This document shows, piece after piece, positions 18,422-33,430 of a DNA stretch of 64,000 nucleotides. The DNA comes from the human T2T-CHM13v2.0 reference genome, Homo sapiens. Each line of letters opens with the position of its first letter. The stretch's first letter is position 1. The DNA lies in NCBI RefSeq assembly GCF_009914755.1, contig NC_060932.1, one strand, 5' to 3'. The notes under the pieces are model-generated. The model did not search any database, was not told the DNA's origin, and saw only the letters and a list, made by a program, of their open reading frames with translations. The position numbers and the translations under genes are program-made.

Positions 18422-20256
18422 TTACTCGTAAAATTGGTGTAAAAACATTCGTTCTTTCTACCTTGCAAGATTGTTGTGTGGATCAAGTGAAATGATAACT
18501 GGAAGTTTTCAAAATATAGTACCACCCAATTAAAATAAAATAACTTTCCCCCTCCCATACACACATCTCTCCCTAAAAACATTAGCTAAAATAATCAGTG
18601 CTGGCCCATCACCAGCTGAAAAAGAAAACATACTAAAATATTTTTTCAAGTTCACCTACAAAAATTAGCAGTTGTGCACTAAATTATAAAGTTTATGCAT
18701 TTATATCTCATGACACATTTAAAAGTTCTCCACTACTTAGGGCAGAGTGATTAGAGAATTAAATTCATTTCCAATTCTAGACTGTTGGCTTTAAGAAAAA
18801 AAACCTTAAAAGATTTCCAGCTCTCAATACTCAACATTTTTAGTGGAAGATTTTTGCTTATTTACCATATGCAATTGTGACTAAAAGTGAACCTGCTTGT
18901 TTTATTATTTTATTCTCTTTCACATTCTCAGTGCTTATCAGTCACTCTCACACCTCATTACCTGGAAAGATGTGCCTCAGAATACACAATAAAGCATCTC
19001 TCAGAGGTGCCTGACTTCAACAAGCAGCAAGTCACTGTTTTCTCTGTTTCAAATGGAAATCAGTGTTGCCTTAAGAATGCTGGACAATACTGTCAGTTAT
19101 CATCAGTCTTTTATGGACAACATTCAAGACTAAATTAGAATTTGTCCTTGTCTGGCTAATCTTTCTCTTATTTTAGAGAATCTGTTAAAAAAAATAACAC
19201 TGAGGCTGGGGACTTGTTTTTCACAGATTTGTGTTTTTATTTTGAAATGTTAGGTAGTGGTAGGCTATGTTTTGCAGAAGTTGCTATTTAGTAGGCTAAG
19301 CATTGGTTTTAACTGCAGACTTTTATTCCTTGAATCCTTAGAATCCTTTAATACTAAAAATGATTTCAATAGACTATGAGGTTCTTAAAAAAGAAACAAA
19401 AACATATTTTATCTAGCTTTTATCCCCAACACCTAACCCCATGCTTGTCACATCAACTGGCACCCATTGGTAATTCTTATATAATCAGGGATTTCAGGGA
19501 GTCCTTGAAATTAATCACTAAGGTGACCTACTTCTAAACAATCTAAGCTTCTGGAATATTCTGCCCTCTCAGAGTTAAACCACAGTATTTCACGAACTGA
19601 ATTCCCTACTGTCAAGCAACTCTCACTAAAACTAAACAGTTACCATATGCATGATTCCAATTTTTAAAAATGTTTTTCCTAATTAAGCTGAAATTTCCAG
19701 TTCATGTGTGTGCTGGAGGTGAATATCCACATTCATTATATTATATACACCATTTGTCTTTGAGAAATTTTGAGAAAGTGTGGTCCTGTGTTTAATAGTG
19801 TGAACTATCTAAAGAAGACAACCATATATATATATATAATTTTCAAGTACCAATCCTCTTCTCTATCACAATAATTCTGGGGAGTAGTTAGGAGAGCAGG
19901 CAATATTCCACAGGCAAGATATCTGGCAGGGGAAACCTTCTAGCCATATTTAGTTGATGATTTACTATGATTTAAGGCTTATGTCACTTACTTTTTTTTT
20001 CTCTTTACATACTTTAAAGGGTTTTCTGGTCTTCATCTTGATTTTTAAAGTGGATATTATTTTAACTTCAAAAGTGACTGTTTTATTTTTAGAAAATACT
20101 GCTCACATCCACAGTGGCACCTTGTTGACCTGAGTACCATGGGATAAAGAAGTCTGAGACCATGCTCAGTTTATGAGATGTGTGGCTATTTAACTCAGCA
20201 TCACCATACCTCCTCTAAATATCTCCAAATCCCCTTCCCTACATAGTTCCAAGATA

Positions 20257-20662
20257 GTGTAATAGTGAAGAGTTAACTCCAATTTTGACATTTGACTACT
20301 GACAGTTTTTCAAACTCCATGACTCCCCTTCTGCCTTCTGTACCGCATCTGGGAAAGCTGAGAAAGCCTGGTAACAGCTTCCTTTGTGCCAGTGGAAAGT
20401 TTAAACTGTGCAAGCTCTGGCCTATGGATGTGCAAAAATCATGACAACTCTACCTCCTAACCACAATAAAAGCCAAACAGTCTCTATTCTCCTTCAAGCA
20501 ATTTTTTGGATCTGCTTGGAAGCATGCCCTGCTCTCTCCACAAAGTCTCATTATGTAACAAACCTTTTTATACTCTCTTGATACCTGCATGGATATCATT
20601 AGTCTTGATATTCAAATCAAATTTGGGGTGGAGGATCATCTCATTTTTACAAGATGACCACA
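20257..20662 (+). mobile_element. ERVL-type solo LTR (family uncertain)
   Basis: TG start, 'catctgggaaagctgagaaagcctgg', AATAAA, CA end at ~20661. Confidence 0.5.
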
Positions 20663-23600
20663 AGTGCCAAGGAAAGATCATAATTTCCCAGAGGCAGATG
20701 CAGCCATATGCATGAGCAGACATGAGATTCACTGCAGCTTTAAAGTGGCTCTTTGCAAACCTCTCACTTAAATGCTACATATCAGGACAGTTGCAGAAGA
20801 GATTTCTGGAGAAGCCTGAGATTTGCAGTGGCTTCCAAGTGAGCTTGAAGAACCACTGCTTCAGTGATGTACTAATGGTGACTTTCTTGCCTTTTTTTCT
20901 CCTGTCTGTCAATGATTCTATAAACCTCAAATTTCCTACTAGACCCTCCATTCTTGGAATATATAGGGGACTTCCATTTTCTAGACTGAAGCCTGACTGA
21001 AAGAATCAATCAATAGCAGGAACAACTGAGTCTCAGACTTAGTCTACAGATTGACACTCAATATAATATTTATCTTATGATGGCAGACTTCCCCTTTATC
21101 CATGAGAGTCTTAGTCAGCAAAATGAAGTAGCATGAAGAAATCGGTGCCAATTTAAGGGAGAAAGCTATCACAGTAATTCTGGGGAGTAGTTAGGTCAAG
21201 AATCTAAAGGAGAAGAGAAGGCAATATTCCACAGGTGGGATCAAACCTAGAGCCAGAGATGAAGCTGGAAGGGAATGAGATATCATATGGAGTTGGGTAA
21301 GGAGAGGATGCATTTTTCAAACACAGTGAATCTTTGGCAAATATGCTGAACAATTTGCTGTTGGTGAGACCGTGTTTTATTAGCCTACACTCAAATTTTG
21401 CTGTTCTCTCCTATGTATCCTCTAAGAATCGCATGGCTCCCAATTCACTGTGCCTCAACTATCATGCCCTGCATGATAAGACCTGACTGGAATGGAGTCC
21501 ATGGACATATCTAGGAGAAAATCCAGCTATGGATGCCCAAGGAAGCAAGTAAAAGCAGCTCCAAGGCCTAAAGTTAAAATATGCTTTTGTTGAAGAGTTT
21601 CTAGGACTGATTTCCAGAAAACCAAGTTACAGACCAAAGAATGTATATGTTTCTGGAAGGCAATGCCCTTGCTCTTGTTTTTATAAATTCTCTGGGCACT
21701 GTGTTGCTGCCCATATTGGCTTTAATGTCCATGAACTTCTTGGGGGAAGTCTGTCTTTAAGACTCTTTAAAGCCACTGAATAATTTTTAACATTATTTTT
21801 AAGTTTTATACCATTTTTTCTTATATATCTGCAGAAATCAGCACCTTCCACCCTGACTGCAACTCCCTTATTATGTTATTCATGGAATCATTTGCCACTG
21901 CTGTGACCAGTTGTGCTTCAAAATACATCAGTATCACAAATTAATGACTGAAATTTTCATTGATGTCTTCATGTAAACACAGCCTGAATTTGTCTGTTTA
22001 TTATTTTTCCTGATTCCTCTTTTAACCCTTAATGATAACTGCTACATCTTCCAATCCAATATCTGCGGCCCCTTTTCTCTCAGCTAGGATGATATGCAAC
22101 TCACTCTGGTTTTCTTTTCATTTATCCCTAAGATAAAGAGAAAAGACTAGAAATTGCAAAGTGTTTTCATAAGTTTCAAATCTGCTGAAAGAGGCGATAT
22201 GGGAGAACTATGCAGAGGGGAATTATTTTGCTTATTGAAGACTAAAATCAACTTGTAAGATAGTGGATACAAATATAAAATAGCAATGACCTCATAATTG
22301 TACATTTTTGCTGAAGAATTAGGTACATCTATAGCTTTGTCCATTGTGCTTGAGGATGAAGTTATCATTAATATTTTCTTCTGATTCCTGATTCCTGATC
22401 CTGAGTCTGAGGTTTTTGAAACAGCAATGACATAAGAGATAGCATTAAAGTTCCATCCTGGTGATGGTGAGTGACTAGGATGGAAGAAAACAAAGTAGGA
22501 CACCAGTAATCAATATTGGTAATCAAATGTTTTAGAAACAATAATACAACAGAAATAGATTATACCTTCATCCAAATGCAAACATACTAATTTGCATGCT
22601 CTTTGACATAGACACATAAACGCAAAGTCATATTCAATCATACTCACACCATTTGACTAATGTACATTCATATATGATATATGATAGACCAAGAAAGATT
22701 CAGAAACATAGATCTCCCAGATGCAGCTCACGCAGATGTCTGAGACTGATAATCCCCTAGATAGAGCACAAACATACATGTATATTTAGGCCCACACTAC
22801 CCCAGTGTACACTCACAAAAACATTCCACAACTGCACCACTGCTAGCATTCAGAAGCCCTTAGCCATGTAATAAGTCCACCCTCTGTTATATGCACTTAT
22901 CTGTAATGTAATTGTAATGTAATGCGATCAATTTTATCCTTAAGTATTTTGTCTCTTTTCACTGATTAACAGCTAAGTTCCTAGAAACTTATTTTGACAA
23001 TCTTATTGATGAAATATTCACAAGAAAAATCAAAATAAAAACTGAAGCACACTTCAAATCGCTGAGTGCAAAATATTGAATCATCTTTTACTACTACGAA
23101 ATTTAGTCTGGTACTCAGCTGAAAGTTGAATTTTCTTGAGTACTTTTACAACAGAGCAGTCATTTAAATAGCATTTTCCCCTTTGCTTTGGATTATGGTC
23201 TGCATAGAAGTACTTTGAAAGCTAGGAAATATTTTTACTCTAATTAAAGCATATAAACACTTCAGACTAAGTGTAGGCATGTGAAGTTCCTATTCAATTT
23301 TAGGAATTGAGTACTTTGGGAAAAAAAATAAAACTCTGGTATTAAATAGTACATAATTGCAAGAGTTAAAGAATAAAAGATCTAACATAATAAAGTATAT
23401 GTTGGGAATTCAGGAAAAGCCCACAAACTTGCAGAAACAAAGATCTTCATCTATAATAGCTAAGGCTATTGACATTGTTAGCTATGACATAACAGAGGGT
23501 TTATCCAAAGGTCCTTTGTAAGGTTCATTCTAGGTTTCGCTTTGTATTTAAAAATGGAATCTTATACATGTTAATTATACTATTCCCCTGCTGTTTTTAG

Positions 23601-24099
23601 TACTAATACAAATTCATAAGGCTTGATGTCCCCTCAAAGCAATTGGGATTTCAACCTTCAGTTCACCTACTGATGTCACTATGTCTCTTGAAGGAGGACA
23701 AAATCTAAGGCCTAAATATAAATTTTATATGCTGTTCAACACCTACATGAGAGTTGTTCTGATAATAAATTATATTTAGAAGACTCTTTTTTGCATGTTT
23801 TCAGATTAAAAACCGGATATAAATATGTCAAAGTTCATGGTTGGTAAAGCGCTGCCTTTCAGTACAGTCAGTGGACCATAAAACTGCTGTTAGACATAAA
23901 CTGCTTACCACACTGATAAAAAGGAACAGCTGTGTCTAAAGCAAAGGTCCTACTCAGTTAGGAGTGTCCTACAGACACCAAGAGCAGCAAAAAGATTGAA
24001 AGATGAGTAACCATTGTAAAGTGTATCAGGTTTTCATTTTGTGGTGCCCTAAGTTAGAATATTCAGATGGCAATAATTATTACATTTTTAACTAATAAT

Positions 24100-24697
24100 A
24101 ATATTATCTTTTCTGGAATGGCTTACTCAACCTCCATTTTCTCCTCTTTCTAGTTGAGAAGCTGGAAATCTAAAATTTATATTTCCCAGATTCCCTTGCA
24201 ACTAGGGTATTATGTGCAAATCAGGTTCTACCTTGTTAATATGCTCAGGTGATATGTGGAAGAGAAAATTGAGGCAAAGACCATCTTCCTATGACTCTTG
24301 GCTGTTGCTGCTGGCTAGCACAGTCATGGAAACATGGAACTTCCCTGCAGAAACTTTACATTATCCACTCTCCAGCTTCCTGGGCATCCAGAAGTAATAG
24401 TAGTAATAGCAGATTTTTGATTTAACTTCCCTGGAGAACAATTTTAATTGTCCATTCTCCAGATTTCTCAGACAGTTGGAGAAGCATTGGATGTAGTTCT
24501 TGCTCTGACATAGGTCTAATGGTGGCCCAAAGGTATCACCTCTGCATATTTCTGAGAATCATCTAGGAGGCTCATCCTAGAATTTGCTCCTTTGGCCCTT
24601 CCAATACATTTGCAAGCTTCAAAATCCCTGAATTAAATCCCTATCTGCTTAAAGTACCTAGAGTGGTTTCTGTTTCATGCAATGAACCCTGACTGGC
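24100..24697 (+). mobile_element. LTR33-like ERVL LTR
   Basis: 'tttcccagattcccttgcaactagg' and 3' end 'ttaaatccctatctgcttaaagtacctagagtggtttctgtt...gaaccctgact'. Confidence 0.7.
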
Positions 24698-25558
24698 CTC
24701 TTATCTTTTGTTGCTTTATCTAGTTTACAAAGTAGGCTGTGTGATACAGTGAAAGAGATGTTTTACAATTGAATTCAAACCCTGGTATGTGAGGTCACAT
24801 AATTTTTCCTAGCCTCAGTTTCCTTATTTCTAGAGTAAAGGAGGATCATAGTTACTTCCAAAGATAAATACATCTTTATTAATGTATACCTTATAAATAA
24901 AGTTCCTCTCTCAGCATAAAGCATAGAATTGGTTCTTTAAAAGTCCTCTATTCTTTCACATACATACATCAGGCCATTTATATCAAGTCTCATTCAATGA
25001 ATGTAAGATACTCAGCAAAAATTATCTTTTTCCTTTTTCCTGCTCACATATGTAATCTTGTCTATATTATATTCTTAATGTAAAACAAATATTAGTTTTT
25101 TCATGAAATCTATGGATCTGAATACCCACTAGGCACATATTAGATTATCAAAAAAAATGAATTTGATTAATCTATATCAAAACTTATCACAAGATTATCA
25201 GTTTATAAATATTGACTCATGAACTCTCTCATATGCTATTAGAGAATGTCAAAAGAAAACTACTCAAAAAGCCAAGGTTTACAAATGAGACACCAATTAA
25301 CTGCCTAACCATTGAGCTCTTGTTTATTGTAAAGAACTAAAAAATGGTGATTTTTTTCCTACATTGATAACACTTTAAACCTCATAATCTTTGAGGTAGG
25401 TATTATTAAGCAATTAAGAGTACTGATGGAGTCGAGCCCCTTCTAACCATGTGACCCTAGACAAGTTTTCTAGCTTCTTTGAACCCCAGTCCCAACAGTT
25501 ATGCATGAGTATAATAAAAGTTCCTATCTGCCTGGGCTAGTAATAGAATGAAATAAGC

Positions 25559-25862
25559 CACTAGGCACAGTGGCTCACACCTACAATCTCAACACTTTGG
25601 GAGGCCAAGGTGGGAGGATCACTTGAGTCCAGGAGTTCAAGACCATTCTGGGCAACAACAGTGAGACCCCATCTCTACACAAAATGTAAAAATTAGCCAG
25701 CATGCTGGTGCATGCCTGTGGTCCCAGCTACTTGGGAGGCTGAGGTAGGTAGGAGCATCACTTGAGCCCAGAAGGTCAAGGCTACAGTAAGCTGTTATCA
25801 TACCACTGTACTCCATCCATCATGGGCAACACAGCAAGACCCTGTCTCAACAACAACAACAA
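25559..25862 (+). mobile_element. AluJ
   Basis: 'gaggatcacttgagtccaggagttcaagacc', right arm 'cacttgagcccagaaggtcaaggctacagt'; (CAA)n tail; flanking 'aagcca' repeats. Confidence 0.92.
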
Positions 25863-26430
25863 AAGCCATTTGGTGTTGTTATGCTCCTTTACATTCTATA
25901 CTCTGGAATCTCTTGTACCTAGTCCTAAGAGATGATATTTCCATACACTAACCAGCTTCCCTAAACTCCTTTTTCCTTGAACTTCACTGCAATCAAATTC
26001 TTTCTATTTGTGCTGTGAACCTGGAAAAATGCAACTGCTTTCTTTAACTTTCTCCTGTCTCTCCTCTGTTCCCTTAAGATTTGGAATTCAATCTTGTGAT
26101 TGCTTCCATCCAAGATACTCATCTGTCTTTAGATACCCCACTGTTGACCAGATACAAAACACAAAGGGCATCTGTCCTCCTTGATTTTTATTGTTTTGTG
26201 CACTAGGGGATGCCCCAGGGGATGCAGCTCAGAACCCTGTTTGATGATCTGCAGCCTGATGTGTTGTCCTTTGGCAGCCAACTGGGTCAAGTTTCCCAAT
26301 AGCAATCTTCAAGGCTTTAGCCCATCAAGACAAGATCAGAGGAGCATTCATCTTGGTAAGCTGAGCTTTTTCATTCTCTCCTCTTCATAGACAACCCCAT
26401 TATTATTCATTCATACCTTCAACAAAAGTT

Positions 26431-27385
<955 letters not shown>

Positions 27386-28159
27386 CACCTGACAGGGATG
27401 GTAAAGTGAACATCTTTCTAGGTAAAAAAGGGTGAATAAGATACTCTCCCTATTCTCAAGGCCACAATCTAATATGGTTAGTCTTTCTTACACAAAGCCA
27501 TAAATTGATGCCCCTTCTCATTAGAAGCAACATATCTTTGTTTCTGTTTTGTTGGCTTTATAAATGTCTAAGCACAAGTGATCTATATGGCCAAACCACA
27601 CTCCTTTTTATTCCGCTTTAGGTGTCCTGACCAGGACTTTTCTAGAACAATACTTGCCCTGTAGCTGCTATTCTGTAAAAACCTAGAAACTGCTTACTCC
27701 TGTTTTTTTCTCATGTTAATTGCATTTGTTTACATAAAATTTACAACAGCTATCAGGAACTGTATTTTGTTATCCTAAATTAGTGTTTCACAAACTTATT
27801 CTGGTACCTCAGCCTCCCTCAGATCCGTATAGACTCCACTTACTTTGGAACTCGATTGCTTTGTTTTTATTAGGGCAATCTTACTAAAGGAAAAGGATGC
27901 TAGGTCAACATGAAATGATATGGTAGTTAGCAAGATGATTCAAACATGTACAAAAGCTTGTTTTCCATCCAAATGTTATAGTATCTGACATTTCACTACT
28001 AGAGATTCATTCCTTTGTATTGTGTTCCTTACCATCTGCTGTAAGTGCTGGTAACATCACACTAATTTACACTGAAAGGACAAAGGGTTATGTTCTAGCA
28101 AGGACTTCCTGCTATGGATGCTTTAGTGAAGATTTTTCTTCATTATTTTTAGTAATACT

Positions 28160-28560
28160 ATCAACCATTTATTGATTGCCTAATGCGTAATGAAGTACTA
28201 CACATTTCACAGTTCTATTATTTAATATGTACAACAACTCTGTAAGAGGTGTTATTATCATCCATATTTTACAGATGAGAGGAAGTTTAGGAGAGTAGTT
28301 AGCACTGGCTCTGAGAAGAGATTGAAACAGTTAAAATTTCACATTCATTACTTACTAGCACTGTGTCCTTGGAAAACGTACAGTTTCATCACCTGTAAAA
28401 CAAGGGCAATGGTATTTTCCTCCTGAGCTTGCTACAAAGGTAAACAAATGCCTGACACAGAGTGAGTCTGAAATACAGGGGCCATATAAGAATAAGCAAA
28501 CAATGATCAGAGGTCAAGCAACTTGCCCAAGACACCAACAAATAAGAGCCCCATAGCCTG
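28160..28560. mobile_element. MIR fragments
   Basis: 'ccatattttacagatgag', 'cagtttcatcacctgtaaaaca', 'gaggtcaagcaacttgcccaaga'. Confidence 0.6.
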
Positions 28561-28857
28561 GACTACCTCCATGACAGTGTGATGATTTTTGCAAAAAGTA
28601 GGCATGTCTCTATACCTCTGAGTCTTTCCAAAACAATTTAGGTAAATAAATATAAAACAGGAAGACAATAGTCACTATGATAATAACAGACACTGCAAAA
28701 TTGACTTATCTCCCCCAGAATGGGCCGTCTTTCCTAGCCAGCATCATTAAGGCCAGCTATGGATTCAGCAACAGCAGCTTCATTTCTCTTCCTGGCTTCA
28801 TGTGGATTGGTTTTCCAGTCGATCTGTGACACTAATTCTCCTCTATTAGGAGCTCCG

Positions 28858-28888
28858 TGAGTCAGTGGCAATACCGAGGCTGAGTCAT
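28858..28888. promoter_or_regulatory. Pair of AP-1 motifs; the second is also an ARE/MARE-like half site
   Basis: TGAGTCA at 28858-28864 and 28881-28887 (GCTGAGTCAT) in apparently non-repetitive sequence. Confidence 0.4.
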
Positions 28889-29849
28889 GTTGGGTAAGCA
28901 ATGATGCAGTCCTGAGACATGAGAGATAGCAATTAAAAATGACCTTTGTTGTCTCCACACGACTGGCTCCATACTTTCACATTAGTATCAGCAAAGAAGG
29001 TATTTCCTGGCTCGTGAGTAGGAAATGTAACTGTTAACAAAGACATGATTATACAACTGAGAAGAAGAAACCGAGAGAATAAGGCTCCTACTCATGCTGT
29101 GATTGGGACTGAACATAAGTCTTCCATTTTGCTTTTTAGTTTATTCAACTTGGCACTGCAGACAACTAATGATTTCCAATTCAAACATTTTAAGTCTCTT
29201 TTTCTCTTACTGACATATTTTTTTCTCATCTAGCAATTTTTATTGCCCCCAGACCTAGTCTTTTGTGTCCGGTATTTTGCAAGAACTATCAGAATAATCA
29301 AACATAAACTTTAAGAAAAAAGTTGCTTTCTTCTACTCTCTCCTAATACCTCCTGCAGGGATATAAGAGATTGTCTATTTCTTCATTATTTTAACAAGGC
29401 TTCTTTTCCTTATAACACTAAGGTTGTATAACGATCTTCCCTAATTTTATTCCTTGGGGCTGAACAAGTCTGATAACTCCATTTCCAAAGTAAGAAAAGG
29501 AAGCCAAAATCATCAACCAGCTTTCTTTTTACCGAATGTTCTGTTTTTTTAAAGAAGAAAACCTTTCCTTTGGTAGAAAATGCCACTTGATTATGACAAA
29601 CACTCGTGAAACTTCTGTCTTCTTGAAAATAGCGAATATCTTAAAATTCACAAAATTTTTCACAGATTAGAAGAAATTAGTTGGAATAGGTGTGCTCTTA
29701 AAGGCCAAACTACCTGAGCTCCGGCTCTGCTTTTCCCGCTGTCTCTCCAGCAGCATCATGTGGCGGTCCTGCCAAAAACTCACATTCAGCTGGTTCAAAG
29801 CTTAAAGCTCTACCCTATCCTCCAACTTTCCTCTCATAGAAAAGGGCGC

Positions 29850-31270
29850 CCCCAGCTTGCCTTGCAGATGTCTTCAGGTTCTCCCTCCCCTCACCACAGA
29901 TACCCAGTTCATCACCAAGTGCTGTCAGCTCTCCATGTCAGCAGCTCTTGTTTCTGTCTTCTCTTTCTCATTGTCACTACTTGGCCCTCTCAAATGACCT
30001 ATTGCAGGAACCTCATCAATGGTCTTCTTGCCTCCTCTAATATCCTTCACAGAGTCACCAACATTATCTTTCCAAAACAAAGATCAGTTTCCAGCTGCCT
30101 ACAGAATGTTATCAAGACATAACCTGATAGCCACCTTCCTTCCTGATTCCCTCTCATTACATCCTCCCCACATTTTGGATGCTCTAGCCACACTGGAAAA
30201 CTCACTGTTGCCCAAACATGCCCATCTCATTGCTCAGAGCACTTCTTCCTTCTCAATGCTTCCCCAACTTTACTTTTTCAAAGACGGAGTCTTGCTATAT
30301 TGCCCAACTGGTGTGCACTAGCTATTCACAAGCACACTCATAGTGCACTACAGCCTCAAATTCCTGAGCTCAAGCAGTCCTCCTGCCTCAACCTGGACTA
30401 CAGGTGCACACCACTGCGCCTGGCTCCGTCCCCTAACTTTTTCAAAGTAATGTTACTCTTTCTCTTCTTTGTGCATGATGTACACATTACATTTCATCAT
30501 AGCGACCAGTGTGATCTTTTTTACAAAACCATCAAATAATATATTTTCTCTGCTTAAATTTTGTGAGCTTCCTCTAAATTCAGAATGATAGATTAGGTAC
30601 TTCTAAGTGTATTATACAAGGCTCTGCATTTTTCTGGCTCCTGCCTTCATCTCTAGATCTCACTTGTACCACTCTTCTTCTCGCTCTCTATGTTCCTGTC
30701 ATACAATCTCATTTTTATTCTGTAAAACTCCAATGTCATCCTCACCCTATGGTCTTTGCCCTACCTGCTCTGCCCTACTCCCTCTGCCTGGATTATTCTT
30801 CCCTCACAAACTAACATGACTGACTTGTTCAGGCCCTCAGAAGAGCACTCCACTGAAAATAGCCAACACCAACTCACTGCCAAAAAACTTCCTAAATTTT
30901 TTTCTAGCACCCGTCACTATCAACATCTCAAATTATTTTATGTGTATATTTCCTTTATGTTCTCATCTGTCTCCTTCCAACAACAGGTAAGCCCCTTGAG
31001 GACAGGTTGCTTATGGCTTTGTCCATCACTGAATCCTCAGCACCTAATACAAACCATGACACATTTGATGAGTGTATATTAAAATAATTAAATGGAAAAT
31101 ACAGCACTTGTCATGTATTATCTCGTTTTCAGTAAGTTGTGTACATGTCTTTCTCCCTAGACTGTAATCGTCTTGAAACCAGGGACTATGTACTAATTAT
31201 ATGTATATTCCCCCACAGCAATATCCCAAATTGTCATAGTAGGTATTCAGTAAGTTTTCTGGCTGGAATT
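29850..31270 (+). mobile_element. L2 fragments (interrupted by a FAM)
   Basis: 'ggaacctcatcaatggtcttcttgcctc', 'gtaagccccttgaggacagg', 'ccctagactgtaa...ttgaaaccagggact'. Confidence 0.65.
30272..30425 (-). mobile_element. FAM (fossil Alu monomer)
   Basis: Single monomer retaining the 7SL-like 'ctattcacaagcacactcatagtgcactacagcctc'; flanking tccccaacttt / tcccctaacttt. Confidence 0.8.
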
Positions 31271-31339
31271 GAGTTGAGTAACTCTGTCCTTCACTGAGCT
31301 ATGCTTATCTCTCCAAATTTAAAGAGAATTTGTTCTAGT

Positions 31340-31830
31340 AAGTTTGACCCCAGCCTCAGCTCTGTCAAATAAGAGCTGTGTGACCATAGTCAAGTAGCTA
31401 AACTTCTCTGACTCTCTCTGATTGCATATATGAAAAACAGAAATAATAAAATTTTCTCTGCCTAATTCCAGGGTAGTTGTGAGGATTAAATTAAATCACA
31501 TAAGCCCTTTCTTCTCATTAAACTGCAAACAGTTCAAGGTCTGAGATACCAGTTGTTTCTTTTTTGCCTAATGTATAGAGAATAGCCTCATGCTGTGTGC
31601 ACATAGGTCAATCAATAATAGCCATCATTTATCGTGTAGCTACTATGTGACAGACACTGTAATAAGCACCTTTTATAGGACACATCTTATTTAATGTAAT
31701 CCTTAAAACCATCATGTAAGAATATATATTGGTATCCCCATTTATAGATGAGAAAAATGGCACCTACAGAAGGTAAGAAATGTTCACAAAGCCATACACT
31801 TAGTCACTGGCAATGCTGGGATTTGATAGC
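31340..31830. mobile_element. Two MIR fragments
   Basis: 'gctgtgtgaccatagtcaagt...gttgtgaggattaaat' and 'ccccatttatagatgagaaaaatggcac'. Confidence 0.65.
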
Positions 31831-32799
31831 ACATCTGTGTGAACAAGTAAGTGTAACTGCTGATACTTATCATTTGTTCAAACTACGCAATATCCAGACA
31901 TTTCTTCAGAGTTCCTCAACTGCTTTGGTGTTTACTTGAAGCTAAGAAAATCCTTTCAGACTTTTTCTTTCAAGTCCTCCCACCCACGATACTAGCACAA
32001 CTAAGGAACAAACTCCTGGCCTGAATTTGGCCATGTTCTCTCAGAACATTAAGTCTTGATAAGGATGACAATGGAAAGAGGAAAGAAAGAGAGTTCATTC
32101 TTACCAGCAATGGTTCTTGTGCAACATTGCCCTGTAGTTTTCTCCAATCAAAAACTTCTGGCACTGCCTTTTCTCTTCTAAACCTGGTTCTCCAATCCTG
32201 TCTTCCTTACAGTCAGTTCCCAACATCCTTTCAATAAATTGTTTTTGTTATTAAATTGGCAAGTTTCTGTTGCTAGTCTAAACAGAACCTCAACTGATAC
32301 AATATGCAAAAAGAAAAATAATATGAACCCATAATGAATTCTCAAAACATATTTAATGAAGAAATAATCAATATGCTAATGAATGAATAATCCCTACTCA
32401 TATGTAAGGGTGTAAAATGTTTAATAGGCTAAGTACTACCTGAAAATACATTACAAAAAAAAGTCACAAGATAGTATATGATTAATCGCCAAATTAATAG
32501 CCCAGGCTGTACATGCTGAAGATCAGAGGAGAAAAACACAGCAAGCTTGAATGATCCAGGAAGCCTACATAACTTAATAAATACTTGTTGAATGAAGTCC
32601 TGATATCATTCCCTAAGGCAAACCTAAGGAAGCTAATGAATGTAACTTTCCTTCTCTCAGAGACATAAAGCCTGGGGTGTTCGAATGATTCAATACACAG
32701 TCATTTGAACTACTCTTCTTCAGAACTGCGCAATTCAGCAAAGGCATGTTACAGAAAGACAGGTTTCTGCCACAGTCGTCTTAAGTACTTTCAGTCAAC

Positions 32800-33430
32800 A
32801 AGCCTAGATCAAGTGACCACAGGGTCCCAGGCATCAGTCGAGGTGCTAGGAACACATAGAGAAGTAAAATTCAGACAGCAGGAGTGCACCATCTAAGTGG
32901 AAACAGAGACACAGGCAGCATATTATGAAAATAGTGCATAATTGCAGATAGAGAACTGCCCAGAGATTGAGGAAGCTCTCAGAAGGGACACTTTATCCAA
33001 CTTGAGGAGGGGAAAGCCTTTTGAAGGAGAGTTGACTAGCTAGGTCTTAAAAGATGGACAGACTTGACAAAGGAAGAGGCAGGAGAAGGGTATCCCAGGA
33101 AAAGAGGCCAAGATAAGCAAGATAAATAAGCAAATAACATAAGCAAAACCACCATGGTATGTACAGGTGTGATGTGAGACAGTCAGTGATAGGAGATCAG
33201 GTCCAAAGAGAAGCAGCAGATGGACCATGGAGGGTCTGGTTTGTGATAACTGGGATATAAAACCCTAATTGACTAGATCTGAGTCTCATGGACGCCTGTG
33301 GAGGCTGGAGAGGAATCAGTGTCACTCAAACCACAAGACCTGAAAGTGAGTGGGTTGATGCCTGGAGGATTATCTGGGAGCTATTAACAGAAGAGTGAAT
33401 AGATGCCAAATGAAAAAGAGCTGATAATAC
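32800..33430 (-). mobile_element. L2 fragment
   Basis: 'gctaggtcttaaaagatgga...gaggcaggagaagggtatcccagg' typical of antisense L2. Confidence 0.5.

Noticed and set aside
22147-22503. 118-aa minus-strand ORF and a plus-strand ATG|GTGAGT donor at ~22467
   Set aside because: No recognisable protein similarity, non-ATG start and no convincing paired acceptor
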